Assembly: GCA_963793425.1 (NCBI GenBank)
Contig: CAWCAG010000009.1
Coordinates: 896,001-960,000, forward strand
DNA length: 64,000 nucleotides
Reading direction: 5' to 3'
From: an uncultured cyanobacterium
Lineage (GTDB): Bacteria > Cyanobacteriota > Cyanobacteriia > Cyanobacteriales > CAWCAG01
The position numbers and the translations under genes were made by a program. This document shows, one piece after another, positions 20,601-30,792 of this stretch. Below the pieces are notes generated by a model. The model was not told the origin of the DNA. It saw nothing but the letters and a program-made list of their open reading frames with translations, and ran no database searches. Numbering within the stretch: position 1 is the stretch's first letter; every line of letters begins with the position of its first letter.

Positions 20601-21351
20601 CTTTATCTTTATAAACAAAAGCTTTGTAGTAGCGAGATAAGCTTTCGGAAATCAGAAATTGATTGTTTTTGCTATCTAAACCTAAGTTAGCGAAGATACT
20701 TTTAGATTTGAGATAACTAATATTACTCAGGAGAATTTGCCGCAATACTTCAATGTTATTTAAGTCAGCAAAATCTCTAATTGATTTGATAGAAAAGATT
20801 GAATAATCAAGAACTAATATTCTAACTTGATGTTTATAGCGGAAGTAAATCAAACTATCTGCTTTAAAAAATTCTCCTTTCCGACTATATTTAGTTGTAT
20901 TTACATTACTAATATCCATTCCCAAGGCAGCAAATTGAGATAACCAATCTTGATATACTTTTTGTTCTCCTTTCCGATAAGTACCAAAACTATTATCATC
21001 AGCAAAACAAGATTGAAAGTAAACAACCTCTACTCGTTTTAGCTTCCGTGAACTGTGCCAACCAATAGCAATTAAATATTCATCCAGAAAATTCAAGCCG
21101 GCAAGAAAACTTTTTTGTAAGAAAAAAGTAGCCCATTGTTGAACAATCTGCCGATGTTGTTGACTAACAACACCAACATTATCCATTAACTTACGAACAA
21201 TTTTCGGAAAGCTAACTTGTTCTAAATCTTCTTGGTAAAGATTGCCATAATTATTTTTAATCCCTTTTTGTTCTAGATAAGTCAGCATTCCAATATTAAA
21301 GCCGACTTCAAATAAACGTCCTAAATCTTGGCCTAAGTTTGGGTTGTTCAT
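17677..21351 (-). CDS. SF2-type helicase with a ~400-aa N-terminal extension (possible nuclease-like domain), 1224 aa
   Basis: Walker A GNPGIGKTT (~aa 419), motif Ia YISPRTQV, Walker B IAIDEITGD (~aa 624), motif III VADAS, motif V MTASASRGLSFP and motif VI QVIYRGRG. Confidence 0.8.
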   Translation of the reverse strand: MNNPNLGQDLGRLFEVGFNIGMLTYLEQKGIKNNYGNLYQEDLEQVSFPKIVRKLMDNVGVVSQQHRQIVQQWATFFLQKSFLAGLNFLDEYLIAIGWHSSRKLKRVEVVYFQSCFADDNSFGTYRKGEQKVYQDWLSQFAALGMDISNVNTTKYSRKGEFFKADSLIYFRYKHQVRILVLDYSIFSIKSIRDFADLNNIEVLRQILLSNISYLKSKSIFANLGLDSKNNQFLISESLSRYYKAFVYKDKETMKTIQAGSYAYSFWCWLKSQQQISPEDEVTFNLIGYSDRDYASLCLQQDNLEVLETCYQIYRQDYSPPEITSAREQVLRMIKRKAKRSFANGETFVDNLLQIAKDGIHLVTHQETFTDFNSYLDTIPANIAQNLNLSPQLNLQQAHSELTKQALSSDNDSLYLFLTGNPGIGKTTAISNFLKQEQILQEGFLFFYISPRTQVNLDIAEKFKTDSHSNLLCDDRLIIVNSDHLLIGNNKGKATVQYSSNKRKDSFTLQAVDFFPQGEKPKFTANNSPRVTRKTATRLQDSGSNRKGVLYSISEAIYSLLNNGHNNIIATVAIQSLKKLSGRGDTLKHFQRIFRNVYNQAEGKPLEAKLQQLSQRVKHIFIAIDEITGDRSGVDFLSRITQELKQYRLINPNYFNTKIIVADASIVDSEVIQQHLSDTTAEPNKIFFRKATPNNSCLTKEYFTFNCHKAIAVNTNSYPAKSLQITYKTLIHSLRFQANNKKLYTNKKYDLEESSQKEIIKDIEQITSHSPNEQIIIYIQDKARLQDLINTLQESRGKFTPYQDYLEIHADSDKQEITQYKNNREIQFIFMTASASRGLSFPYVKHILVELPRFEIEANLMEVIQVIYRGRGNPQIDKEDKQLIFYLNEQAVYYLEDADDRQFSLQESKLNILNFLIILHVSIKTRIFGYGNIANEKYLMIPVGGKSIFTAGESVSGKVRNLIKGLKKEHRKCSHDLQLKQAYKQLQELMKTTEITIHETSNQAAEHNLSYLQLLENIRQAFIKPINSNLSTLLNFPPLQIGYVTGSLLIVPLAKQRIEEVYRLTIDDQTLTLAEILSELQQDNHLSKKIQPLIRDTLYLIEELEKQQHRHQTLEQDNQYLDQYYAVPLFIFLVGDVFSVYFQNKEIEPEDQRFRQLLEFYLKSIFPIAQIVPIGHKYEKFPFLVFRSYSLKEMRNKSFSDKYLMNSKELNILNLILAQSDTNRC

Positions 21352-21453
21352 CTCTAAGAATTAATCAGGCTTCTTCTACAGTTATAGTCATTTCAGTTTA
21401 GATTAAGACAAGCGTTTCTTGCTGAAAAATTGTTTTACTCTTATTTTAAATAA

Positions 21454-24400
21454 CTATAACTTGGCATCTAAGGCATCATTCACTTCATTTAAAAAAGCCA
21501 AACCATTAAATTCAACCGTTGCTTCTGCATGAGGAAAAATAGACAATGCTCCAACAGATTTATCACCAATAATATTTGTGTAAGGGTCTAACTTTAACTG
21601 AATATCCTTATTAGCTGCTTCATAGCGGGAAAAGTGAAACAGAGTTAATAATTGCAGAATTTCGTTTTTCAAACTCCGATCTGCATCATTATCAATTAAA
21701 CCCGCGTAAATATCGCTAGTATCAAGAAGATTCTGTTCGTAAACATTTAAAAGAGTTGAGTAAGAGATAACGCCGTTGTAATATTTTTCTCTTCCCCCCA
21801 CTTTAATACCATTAAACAAATTAAAAAATACAGCAATCTGTTTAGTCGGGTCATTAACCACATCGGTTAACTCTTCTGCATCTTGGATATAAAAAGACTT
21901 ACGTAAAGTCTCTTTTAAGCTAACCACATAATACTTATCAAAAAAGACAGGATAAATCTTTAAATCTTCTTGTTCTCCTTTCAGGTTGCGAATTACTTCA
22001 GGAGACATAAAGTAGAAATTGTCTTTTTCTGTCGCAGTTAGATTTAACGTCTGGGAATAAGGAGACTTGGCAATATATAAAATATGCTGGTAGCCATTTT
22101 TGTATAATGTCTCTACTTCTGCTACTAAAGTATCTGGATTACGATAAAGCCTGTTTGTATTATAATGTTCTGAAATAGTTTTGCTGGTATAAACTAAAAT
22201 AGACCCATCTTCTTTACGATCTATCTTAATTATTTCTCCTGTTAAATTAGATTTTTGAGACTCTCCTCTCCAAGTGCGATCGCATTCTCGACTAGAAACT
22301 ACAACTATGGCTAGTTTATTCAGTTTGGGATTAATAGGAGGGTTGGTAAACTTGAATTTTTTCGGGAGGACATTATAAAGAGAGGAAAGACCATTTTTCA
22401 TTTTATAAGCTTTAACATCTTTAACTCTAAACCCTTGAGTATTGGCACGATGATTGACATTAAACAAATGAGCTAAAATTGCGAAATTATCCCGCAAGAA
22501 AACTTCTGCTTTTAAGGGATGCTGTTTATCTCCTAAATGCAGTCTTATAATAGGAAGAAATAATTTCTTATTTAATTTCTCTGTGGCAGTATCCAGTAGA
22601 ATTTTGAGGCTAATATAACTAAGTAACAAGAAAACAAAGCGATAAATAAATGCTTCATTAGCTTGAGAATCTTGAAAAACATCTTGTTTTAGTCGCTCAT
22701 TTTGATAAGGGAACAAGATCAGCTTTTTGTCTTGGAAGCTTTTCTCTAAAATCTTTCTACATTTTTCTACTTGAGGATACAAAACTACAGGAATAGCAGG
22801 AAAATTTCCGGCTGCATACTCCAGAGAAAATTCTTGGTTATCCGTAGTCTCAAAATAACCAATCTCATCAATCTTGATATTGCCTGAAAGATAACATAAA
22901 GAACTAGTATCAATGCTAGCCTCACCTACAGAAATGTATTTGAGAGCAGTTTTATTTTCTCTCAAACCATTACAAAACAAAGTACTACCTTCATCTATTT
23001 TTTCTATATCTGTTTCTAGAACACCCTGCTTAACATTAATTTGAATAGGATATACTCTAGAACTCCGTAACTTAGATGCTTTTGACTTAGTTTGTTGTAA
23101 TAAATCTCTTAACTTATAGATTTTAGTTTCAGCACCATACTCCCTAACACCCTTAACAATTCCTTTGAATAAACTATGTTTTTTATTCTCATCCGAATCT
23201 TTTAAAACAGGTAGAATATTTGCTGCAAATTTATCAATAACCTCGTACTCTAAATCAGACTCTAGATCATAGCCTTGCTTTTTAGGATCATTACCTGCAA
23301 AAACAAAGAAATATAAAACAACGAGGCGAATTATCTTCTTAACAAACCCTTCCTTCCTTTTTCCATCCTCATATTCTAATCCTGCCTTATGTTGTTTACT
23401 CTCAGGATCAATCAAACCCAAATTGTAATCTAAAACAGTTTTACCATCTTCAGATTGAACTTTCCCTGCCAACTTAAGCTTCAAACCAAAAACAAAATTC
23501 AATTCATCTTTATTTTCATCTCTAATTTCTCCTAAATTGCCATCAATTTGAGGAATTATTGGTAAAGAATCAAAAGCTTCTGCACGGGAAAATACCACCT
23601 TAAGATTACAACTTATTCCTCCATAACTAACCTCATAATCCCCATCAGATTTATCGACATCATTAATATACCTTTCTAAAGCTTGTAAACGTCTAATAAG
23701 AACTTCTAAGTAAATCGCATTCGCATTTTCGCCAATATGTTCCCATAAATATTCTAAATACTTAATCTTAGCTGCCCGTTGAACTTTAGGAATCGCTTCT
23801 TCATCCATCAAGCGTTTTAATCTATACCAGTCTGAATCTGGTTTATTTCTATCTCCATATAACTCCTCTAAAAGCTCTTCTGCTTCATCTTTACTACTGC
23901 TACCATTGAAATCAGAAGCTATATGAGCTTTTAAACTTTCTTTTAACCGTAAATCAAATTGCCCTGGCGTATTTTCAATGCTAATAGTTAAACGATGAAA
24001 CTTAAGGAAAGGATAATCTTCATCTTCATGTTTAAGAGTAAGTCGTTGCTTAGATAGTCCGGGATAGTCTTTATTAAAGTCATAACTCAAACTAATTTGA
24101 TTACCAACCTTACCTTGAAACTGATTTAAAGCAGTCCATAATTCTCTAACAAAATCTTCTCTAAATTGGTAATTCCTCTCTTGTAACCAAGAATCTAAAC
24201 ACTTTTCCAAACAAGCTCTAATTTCTCTGTTACAACTCACAAAACTGTCTTTTGAAGACTCAGTTAAATGGGTGGTTGCCACCTTCGCCCCGCGCCAATT
24301 ACTTCCCAAAGGCATCTCTATACCCCCTTGAGTTGCTAAACTATAAGCAATCTCATCTACATCAATAAATAGCTGCTTACCATTGCTAGAAATTCTCCAA

Positions 24401-24498
24401 AGATTAGTAGTTTGTAGACGTTCTAAAATAGCTTTTAGTAGACTGCTGTAATCAACACGAACTAAACTGCGATCGCCTTCCCTGATCGTATTCACCAT
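21454..24498 (-). CDS. 1014-aa hypothetical protein with a candidate divergent, catalytically inactive Argonaute-like (MID-PIWI) C-terminus
   Basis: The ORF is intact. The C-terminal motif series NTQGF...KNGLSSLYNVLP...LAIVVVSS...HILYIAKS...IYPVFFDK...EILQLLTLFHF...LKLDPY has the order and spacing of Argonaute MID/PIWI elements. This is an alignment by eye. Confidence 0.5.
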   Translation of the reverse strand: MVNTIREGDRSLVRVDYSSLLKAILERLQTTNLWRISSNGKQLFIDVDEIAYSLATQGGIEMPLGSNWRGAKVATTHLTESSKDSFVSCNREIRACLEKCLDSWLQERNYQFREDFVRELWTALNQFQGKVGNQISLSYDFNKDYPGLSKQRLTLKHEDEDYPFLKFHRLTISIENTPGQFDLRLKESLKAHIASDFNGSSSKDEAEELLEELYGDRNKPDSDWYRLKRLMDEEAIPKVQRAAKIKYLEYLWEHIGENANAIYLEVLIRRLQALERYINDVDKSDGDYEVSYGGISCNLKVVFSRAEAFDSLPIIPQIDGNLGEIRDENKDELNFVFGLKLKLAGKVQSEDGKTVLDYNLGLIDPESKQHKAGLEYEDGKRKEGFVKKIIRLVVLYFFVFAGNDPKKQGYDLESDLEYEVIDKFAANILPVLKDSDENKKHSLFKGIVKGVREYGAETKIYKLRDLLQQTKSKASKLRSSRVYPIQINVKQGVLETDIEKIDEGSTLFCNGLRENKTALKYISVGEASIDTSSLCYLSGNIKIDEIGYFETTDNQEFSLEYAAGNFPAIPVVLYPQVEKCRKILEKSFQDKKLILFPYQNERLKQDVFQDSQANEAFIYRFVFLLLSYISLKILLDTATEKLNKKLFLPIIRLHLGDKQHPLKAEVFLRDNFAILAHLFNVNHRANTQGFRVKDVKAYKMKNGLSSLYNVLPKKFKFTNPPINPKLNKLAIVVVSSRECDRTWRGESQKSNLTGEIIKIDRKEDGSILVYTSKTISEHYNTNRLYRNPDTLVAEVETLYKNGYQHILYIAKSPYSQTLNLTATEKDNFYFMSPEVIRNLKGEQEDLKIYPVFFDKYYVVSLKETLRKSFYIQDAEELTDVVNDPTKQIAVFFNLFNGIKVGGREKYYNGVISYSTLLNVYEQNLLDTSDIYAGLIDNDADRSLKNEILQLLTLFHFSRYEAANKDIQLKLDPYTNIIGDKSVGALSIFPHAEATVEFNGLAFLNEVNDALDAKL

Positions 24499-24544
24499 AA
24501 TCCTAACATCTTCAAACTAATGGTCTATTTCCATCTTCCCACAC

Positions 24545-24622
24545 TTCCACTAGCCACTAACTATTAGCTATTAGCAAAAACCAGAATCTAGGCTGTACCT
24601 TACTAGACTAAGAATTGCTATA
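24545..24622. repeat. Partial copy of palindromic repeat family B (full copy at 56421-56514, opposite orientation)
   Basis: TTCCACTAGCCACTA...GCAAAAACCAG...GGCTGTACCT.ACTAG.CTAAGAAT.GCTATA matches the reverse complement of part of 56421-56514. Confidence 0.7.
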
Positions 24623-24828
24623 TTTTATGCAGGGAATTGTGTTTGTAAGCAAAAGTTTACAAATTTTGGGCTGATCAATAACTATTTAGTAACTAACTAA
24701 GTAGGTAAACCCCTCCTAAATCACTACTTGACAAAAGTGTCTTTCTGTGAAGTAAATTACAACTATTTTCCTAAATCCCTTGAATTACTAACAATTCCAG
24801 CCTTCAACATTCATCCCCACAAAAAGTA

Positions 24829-26575
<1,747 letters not shown>

Positions 26576-26603
26576 TATCCACCTCCTACATAGCTTTAAC
26601 CTG

Positions 26604-26643
26604 AAAAAAATAGTTTGTCTTTACGAAGGCAAGCTATTTTTTT
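26604..26643. terminator. Bidirectional intrinsic terminator between groEL2 and the DUF1993 gene
   Basis: AAAAAAATAGTTTGTCTT-TACG-AAGGCAAGCTATTTTTTT hairpin with A and T tails. Confidence 0.8.
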
Positions 26644-26670
26644 AGCCGAAACTGCTAACCTCAAGAACAT

Positions 26671-27183
26671 TCATTCCTCTCTGATCAATGGCAATAAGTG
26701 CATCATATAATCCCGTTTTCCAATTGGTACACCAGCCATGCGAAGAATATCGTAAGCTGTAACCATATGGAAATAGAAATTTGGCATGAGAAAGTCATTA
26801 ACATAGACGCTACCAGACATCTCGGCGTAAAGGTTCTGACTTAAGCCTATGGACGTAACCTCAGCTAGCTTTGCGTCTTTGACATTAATGTCTAAAAGAA
26901 GTTTCTTTGTATTGGCTATATGTTCGTATGCCTGAGTGAGAGATGTGACTTCTGGGTCTAGATTATTCGCTGGCTTGCCGTCACACCACATAGCAAAGTT
27001 GCGTGGTTGATTACAGGTGAAAGCAATCTGTGTTCCGAAGGGAAGCATATCAGCTATAATGCGCTCCTGGAGGAACGATTCACTATCAGAGAAATGAGTT
27101 TGAGCTGACTTCATAAGATGCTCAAGAGTCGTTAAGCGGCTTTCAAAGATGGTTTTGATTAAATCTATATTCTGACTTGGCAT
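26671..27183 (-). CDS. DUF1993 family protein (DinB-like fold)
   Basis: RIIADMLPFGTQI and PNFYFHMVTAYDILRMAGVPIGKRDY motifs. Confidence 0.85.
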   Translation of the reverse strand: MPSQNIDLIKTIFESRLTTLEHLMKSAQTHFSDSESFLQERIIADMLPFGTQIAFTCNQPRNFAMWCDGKPANNLDPEVTSLTQAYEHIANTKKLLLDINVKDAKLAEVTSIGLSQNLYAEMSGSVYVNDFLMPNFYFHMVTAYDILRMAGVPIGKRDYMMHLLPLIREE

Positions 27184-27273
27184 TTTATGATCCCTAAAGA
27201 CTGAATTTTCTGAAGTCTAACTATAAATCCTTGTGCAACTTTTTTTCCTATAATAAGCTTTTCCCATCCTCGT

Positions 27274-28470
27274 ATGAATCAGAAGATTAAGAATAGATTA
27301 CGAAGCTTTTCTTGGCCGAGTTGCTTTCCTTATCCAAGTTCGTGGTTGAGGGCTTTAATTCTTGTTCCTATTGCTTTTCCTGGAACTGGTTTGATTCTTC
27401 TTGGCTTCGGAGGGCTTTTAGTCTCAGCATGGTTCAGTAGTTTTTCCGGTTTTATTGCATCTTTAGTTTTAGGGATATTAATTCCAACAATTATTCTGGC
27501 CTTTATTTACCAGATATTCTGGTTTATGTGGTATAAAAAGGCTTCATCCCCTCGCGCATTCAAATGGATTCCGGGAACTAGAAGTTTGTGGCAAGGATTC
27601 TACGCAACAACTGTAATTGGCTTATCTTTCTGTTTGATTTTAGCGATCGCATTTGGATTAGTTTACTCAAGCTGCAAATTATCCAGTGATGTAGGAGAAG
27701 AAATTGCAGAGTGCAGTGGAAAACTGATGGGGAGAGCAATTAGGGCTATGGTTAGCCAGACATTTAATGTTTGGAATTTTGAAGGAGTTGGAGTCTTTGT
27801 CAAGCCCGAAGATGGACTCTATGAAGATATACTTTGGGTTAGACCCTGGTTTTTTGTTTGGTTCTTGATAGCTGCCTATTTGTATCAAATTGAATATCTT
27901 TTTCAAGAACATTTATTTCCCTTTTTAAAAGACAAAATCAAAGAAATAAATAGTAAGTCATCACGTAAAATCCAGACAAATAAAAATGTTAATCCTCTAG
28001 ATTTGGAACTGGGTGAATTGAGGGCAAGTATGGGTTTAACTGAGATGAAGCAAGGAAAAACTAAGAGGTCAGGTAATCAGCATTCTTTTTCTAAAAATCA
28101 AAGATCGACTTCAAAACCGATTGTAATAACAGTTTTAATTCTGCTCATTTGCAGTATCGCTACTGGTGTTTATTTGGGGTTATCCAAAACACCAGTACAA
28201 CCAGTTGCTGTTGCTCCCATATCTACTCCGTCACCTCAAGCCGATCCCTTTCAGGAAGCAGTGAGAAAAGCAACGAATGCAGCACAATTAACTCAGTCTG
28301 CAAAAACTTCAGCAGAGTGGCAAACTGTAGTTAATTTATGGCAAGAAGCTGTAACTTTGATGAAAGTTGTACCGCCAAGCCATCCTCAATACAACGTTGC
28401 CACCCAAAAAGCTAAGGAATACGAAAGTAATCTCCAGTATGCCAAAAAGAATGTAGAGATTGCTCAATAA
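27274..28470 (+). CDS. Hypothetical multi-pass membrane protein with a soluble helical C-terminal domain
   Basis: Several hydrophobic segments, a Pro-rich linker, and a C-terminal AAQLTQSAKTSAEWQTVVNLWQEA...KAKEY helical module. Confidence 0.7.
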   Translation: MNQKIKNRLRSFSWPSCFPYPSSWLRALILVPIAFPGTGLILLGFGGLLVSAWFSSFSGFIASLVLGILIPTIILAFIYQIFWFMWYKKASSPRAFKWIPGTRSLWQGFYATTVIGLSFCLILAIAFGLVYSSCKLSSDVGEEIAECSGKLMGRAIRAMVSQTFNVWNFEGVGVFVKPEDGLYEDILWVRPWFFVWFLIAAYLYQIEYLFQEHLFPFLKDKIKEINSKSSRKIQTNKNVNPLDLELGELRASMGLTEMKQGKTKRSGNQHSFSKNQRSTSKPIVITVLILLICSIATGVYLGLSKTPVQPVAVAPISTPSPQADPFQEAVRKATNAAQLTQSAKTSAEWQTVVNLWQEAVTLMKVVPPSHPQYNVATQKAKEYESNLQYAKKNVEIAQ

Positions 28471-28486
28471 ATGCTTCTGATTGAGT

Positions 28487-29782
28487 TTAAATATCTAACC
28501 TTTGATAAATTTCATCCAAATGTTGTAAATGATGTTGTGGATCGAAACAAGTTTCAATTTCTTGGGGAGATAGAAACTCGGTTACTTGAGCATCTTTACT
28601 AATCAGATCCTGGAAATTACCTTCGGGAGTATTCCAAGCTGTATGGGCGCAAGCTTGTACTTTTGCATAGGCTTCTTCCCTACTCATGCCTTTAGCAACT
28701 AAGGTTAATAATACCCGTTGGCTGAAAATCACTCCCCCATAAACATTCATATTCCGTTTCATATTCTCTGGATATACCAACAAGTTTTTAACCAAATTGG
28801 TAATTTCCCGCAACATAAAATGGGTAAGAATGCAAGCATCAGGGAAGATAACTCGCTCCACAGAACTATGGGAAATATCTCTCTCGTGCCAAAGTGCTAC
28901 ATTTTCAATCGCGGCAACAGCGTGTCCCCGCACAATTCTCGCCATGCCTGTTAAGCGTTCGGAACGAATAGGATTACGCTTATGGGGCATAGCAGAAGAA
29001 CCTTTTTGCCCTTTAGCAAAAAACTCTTCCACTTCCAAAACATCTGTCTTTTGTAGGTTGCGAATTTCTACAGCAAAACGCTCAATAGTAGCAGTAACCA
29101 GGGCTAATTGTTGTACATAATTAGCATGGCGATCGCGGGAGATAACTTGAGTTGAAGCGGTATCTGGTTCTAGTCCCATTTTTTGACAGGCGATCGCTTC
29201 TACTTTCGGGTCAACATTAGCGTAGGTTCCCACCGCACCAGAAATCTTACCCACAGCAATTTCTTTACGCAAATGGACTAAGCGATCGCGGTTACGCAAT
29301 ACTTCTGCCAACCAACCAGCTAGCTTAAAACCAAAGGTGATTGGTTCAGCATGAATACCATGGGAACGCCCTACCATAACCGTGTAGCGGTGTTGTTGTG
29401 CTTGGTAGCGTATTGTTTGGCTTAATTCTTCAATTTTTTCTAAAATCAAATCCAAACTAGCTACCATTTGCAAAGCTAAGGCTGTGTCAAGAACATCAGA
29501 ACTAGTTAAACCGACATGAATATATCTCCCCGCATCTCCTACATATTCATTAACGTTAGTCAGAAAAGCAATGACATCGTGGCGTACTTCAGCCTCAATT
29601 TCTAAGACTCGTTGAGGATCGAAGTTGGCTTTTTCTTTAATTTCTTCTACAGCTTCTTGGGGAATATAACCTAATTCCCCCTGTGCCTCACAAACTGCCA
29701 TTTCTACTTTTAACCAAGTTTTCAGTTTATAGGTATCAGTCCACAATGCGCCCATTTCGGGCAAGGTATAGCGCTCAATCAC
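28487..29782 (-). CDS. purB: Adenylosuccinate lyase
   Basis: MIERY, HDVIAF, GLTSSD, GRSHGIHAEP and GSSAMPHKRNP signature. Confidence 0.98.
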   Translation of the reverse strand: MIERYTLPEMGALWTDTYKLKTWLKVEMAVCEAQGELGYIPQEAVEEIKEKANFDPQRVLEIEAEVRHDVIAFLTNVNEYVGDAGRYIHVGLTSSDVLDTALALQMVASLDLILEKIEELSQTIRYQAQQHRYTVMVGRSHGIHAEPITFGFKLAGWLAEVLRNRDRLVHLRKEIAVGKISGAVGTYANVDPKVEAIACQKMGLEPDTASTQVISRDRHANYVQQLALVTATIERFAVEIRNLQKTDVLEVEEFFAKGQKGSSAMPHKRNPIRSERLTGMARIVRGHAVAAIENVALWHERDISHSSVERVIFPDACILTHFMLREITNLVKNLLVYPENMKRNMNVYGGVIFSQRVLLTLVAKGMSREEAYAKVQACAHTAWNTPEGNFQDLISKDAQVTEFLSPQEIETCFDPQHHLQHLDEIYQRLDI

Positions 29783-29912
29783 AGTTTACAGGGGGGAAAT
29801 ATAACCGTCACATTGTAACTGATTAAGGGAATAGGGAGTAGTCTGAAGTGGAAAGTGATCAGGAGGTGATGGAGAGAGGGGTTATTTACTAGTTTAAATT
29901 TACATTCCCTTA

Positions 29913-29950
29913 GCGAAGTTTACTGAATTTGTAATCAAAGTAAACTTCGC
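29913..29950 (-). terminator. Stem-loop downstream of curT
   Basis: Inverted repeat GCGAAGTTTAC / GTAAACTTCGC. Confidence 0.55.
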
Positions 29951-29982
29951 CTTTTTAACTTAAGTTTTACGTTACTGCCAAC

Positions 29983-30438
29983 TTAGAGATCGCGACCATT
30001 TTCTCCTGCTACTTGGGATTTAAGGGAGGAAAACTCGCTCTTTAGTTCTTGTCTAGTGGAAGCCCGAAGTAAGTAGCGATAAACAAACCAACCGGAATAA
30101 CCTATGCCTATTAATTCAAAAAGAGGTGCAAGTAAAGGAACATCGTTAATTGAAGAAATTACGGCTAGAGTAATTTTCACAGCGATGATGCTAGAGATAA
30201 AAAGGGCTAAGTAGGTTAAAGGTTTTCTGTACTCAGAAGCGAAATCAATTACGTAGTCAGGGGCTTTGAGAAACTCCGCAACAGGTTCGAGGTATTCTTG
30301 CCAAGGACGATCACTCTTAGCAGGCTCTTTGGTTACTGTAGCCATTGTACCCCCAGGTTCTGCTATAACTTCTGGGGGATGCTGTTCAGCCTGGGCAACT
30401 GTTTTTGCTTCAGCTTGGGTATCAATGTTAGGTTCCAT
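29983..30438 (-). CDS. curT: CAAD-domain / Curvature Thylakoid 1 (CurT) family protein
   Basis: SINDVPLLAPLFELIGIGYSGWFVYRYLLRASTRQEL signature. Confidence 0.85.
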   Translation of the reverse strand: MEPNIDTQAEAKTVAQAEQHPPEVIAEPGGTMATVTKEPAKSDRPWQEYLEPVAEFLKAPDYVIDFASEYRKPLTYLALFISSIIAVKITLAVISSINDVPLLAPLFELIGIGYSGWFVYRYLLRASTRQELKSEFSSLKSQVAGENGRDL

Positions 30439-30792
30439 ATTTTGCCTATCCTTTGCTTTCTAGGGAATATTTTAGTTCTTAAGAGAAGACGACTTTTGTC
30501 AATTTTAGCTGTCTATATTACTAACTTTTGGTCATATTATCAGAATACATTCGCTTACTTAATTCTGCTTTAGTTATAATCCAAGCTACCAATACCAATC
30601 TTAGTCTCTACCCAAAGATAAATATTTAGTAGGTTTTAGAAGCAACACTTTTCTCTAGTAACTAGGTTCTGCCTCAATTGTAGCTGAAGAAATTTTATCC
30701 TTAATCAGGGGAGAACCCCCTCCAAAATGAAGAGATTGAGAGGAAAATTTAATAAACAACTCAGAAATGAAATAAGAAAAACTAAACTAAGC

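Noticed and set aside
17677..21351. Helicase as Cas3, DinG or a type I/III restriction subunit
   Set aside because: I saw no HD-domain motifs and no Fe-S cysteine cluster, and there are no cas, methyltransferase or hsdS genes nearby.
24640..24665. TTTGTAAGCAAAAGTTTACAAA palindrome as an NtcA site
   Set aside because: The spacing is GTA-N10-TAC, not GTA-N8-TAC; it may bind another regulator, but I cannot assign one.
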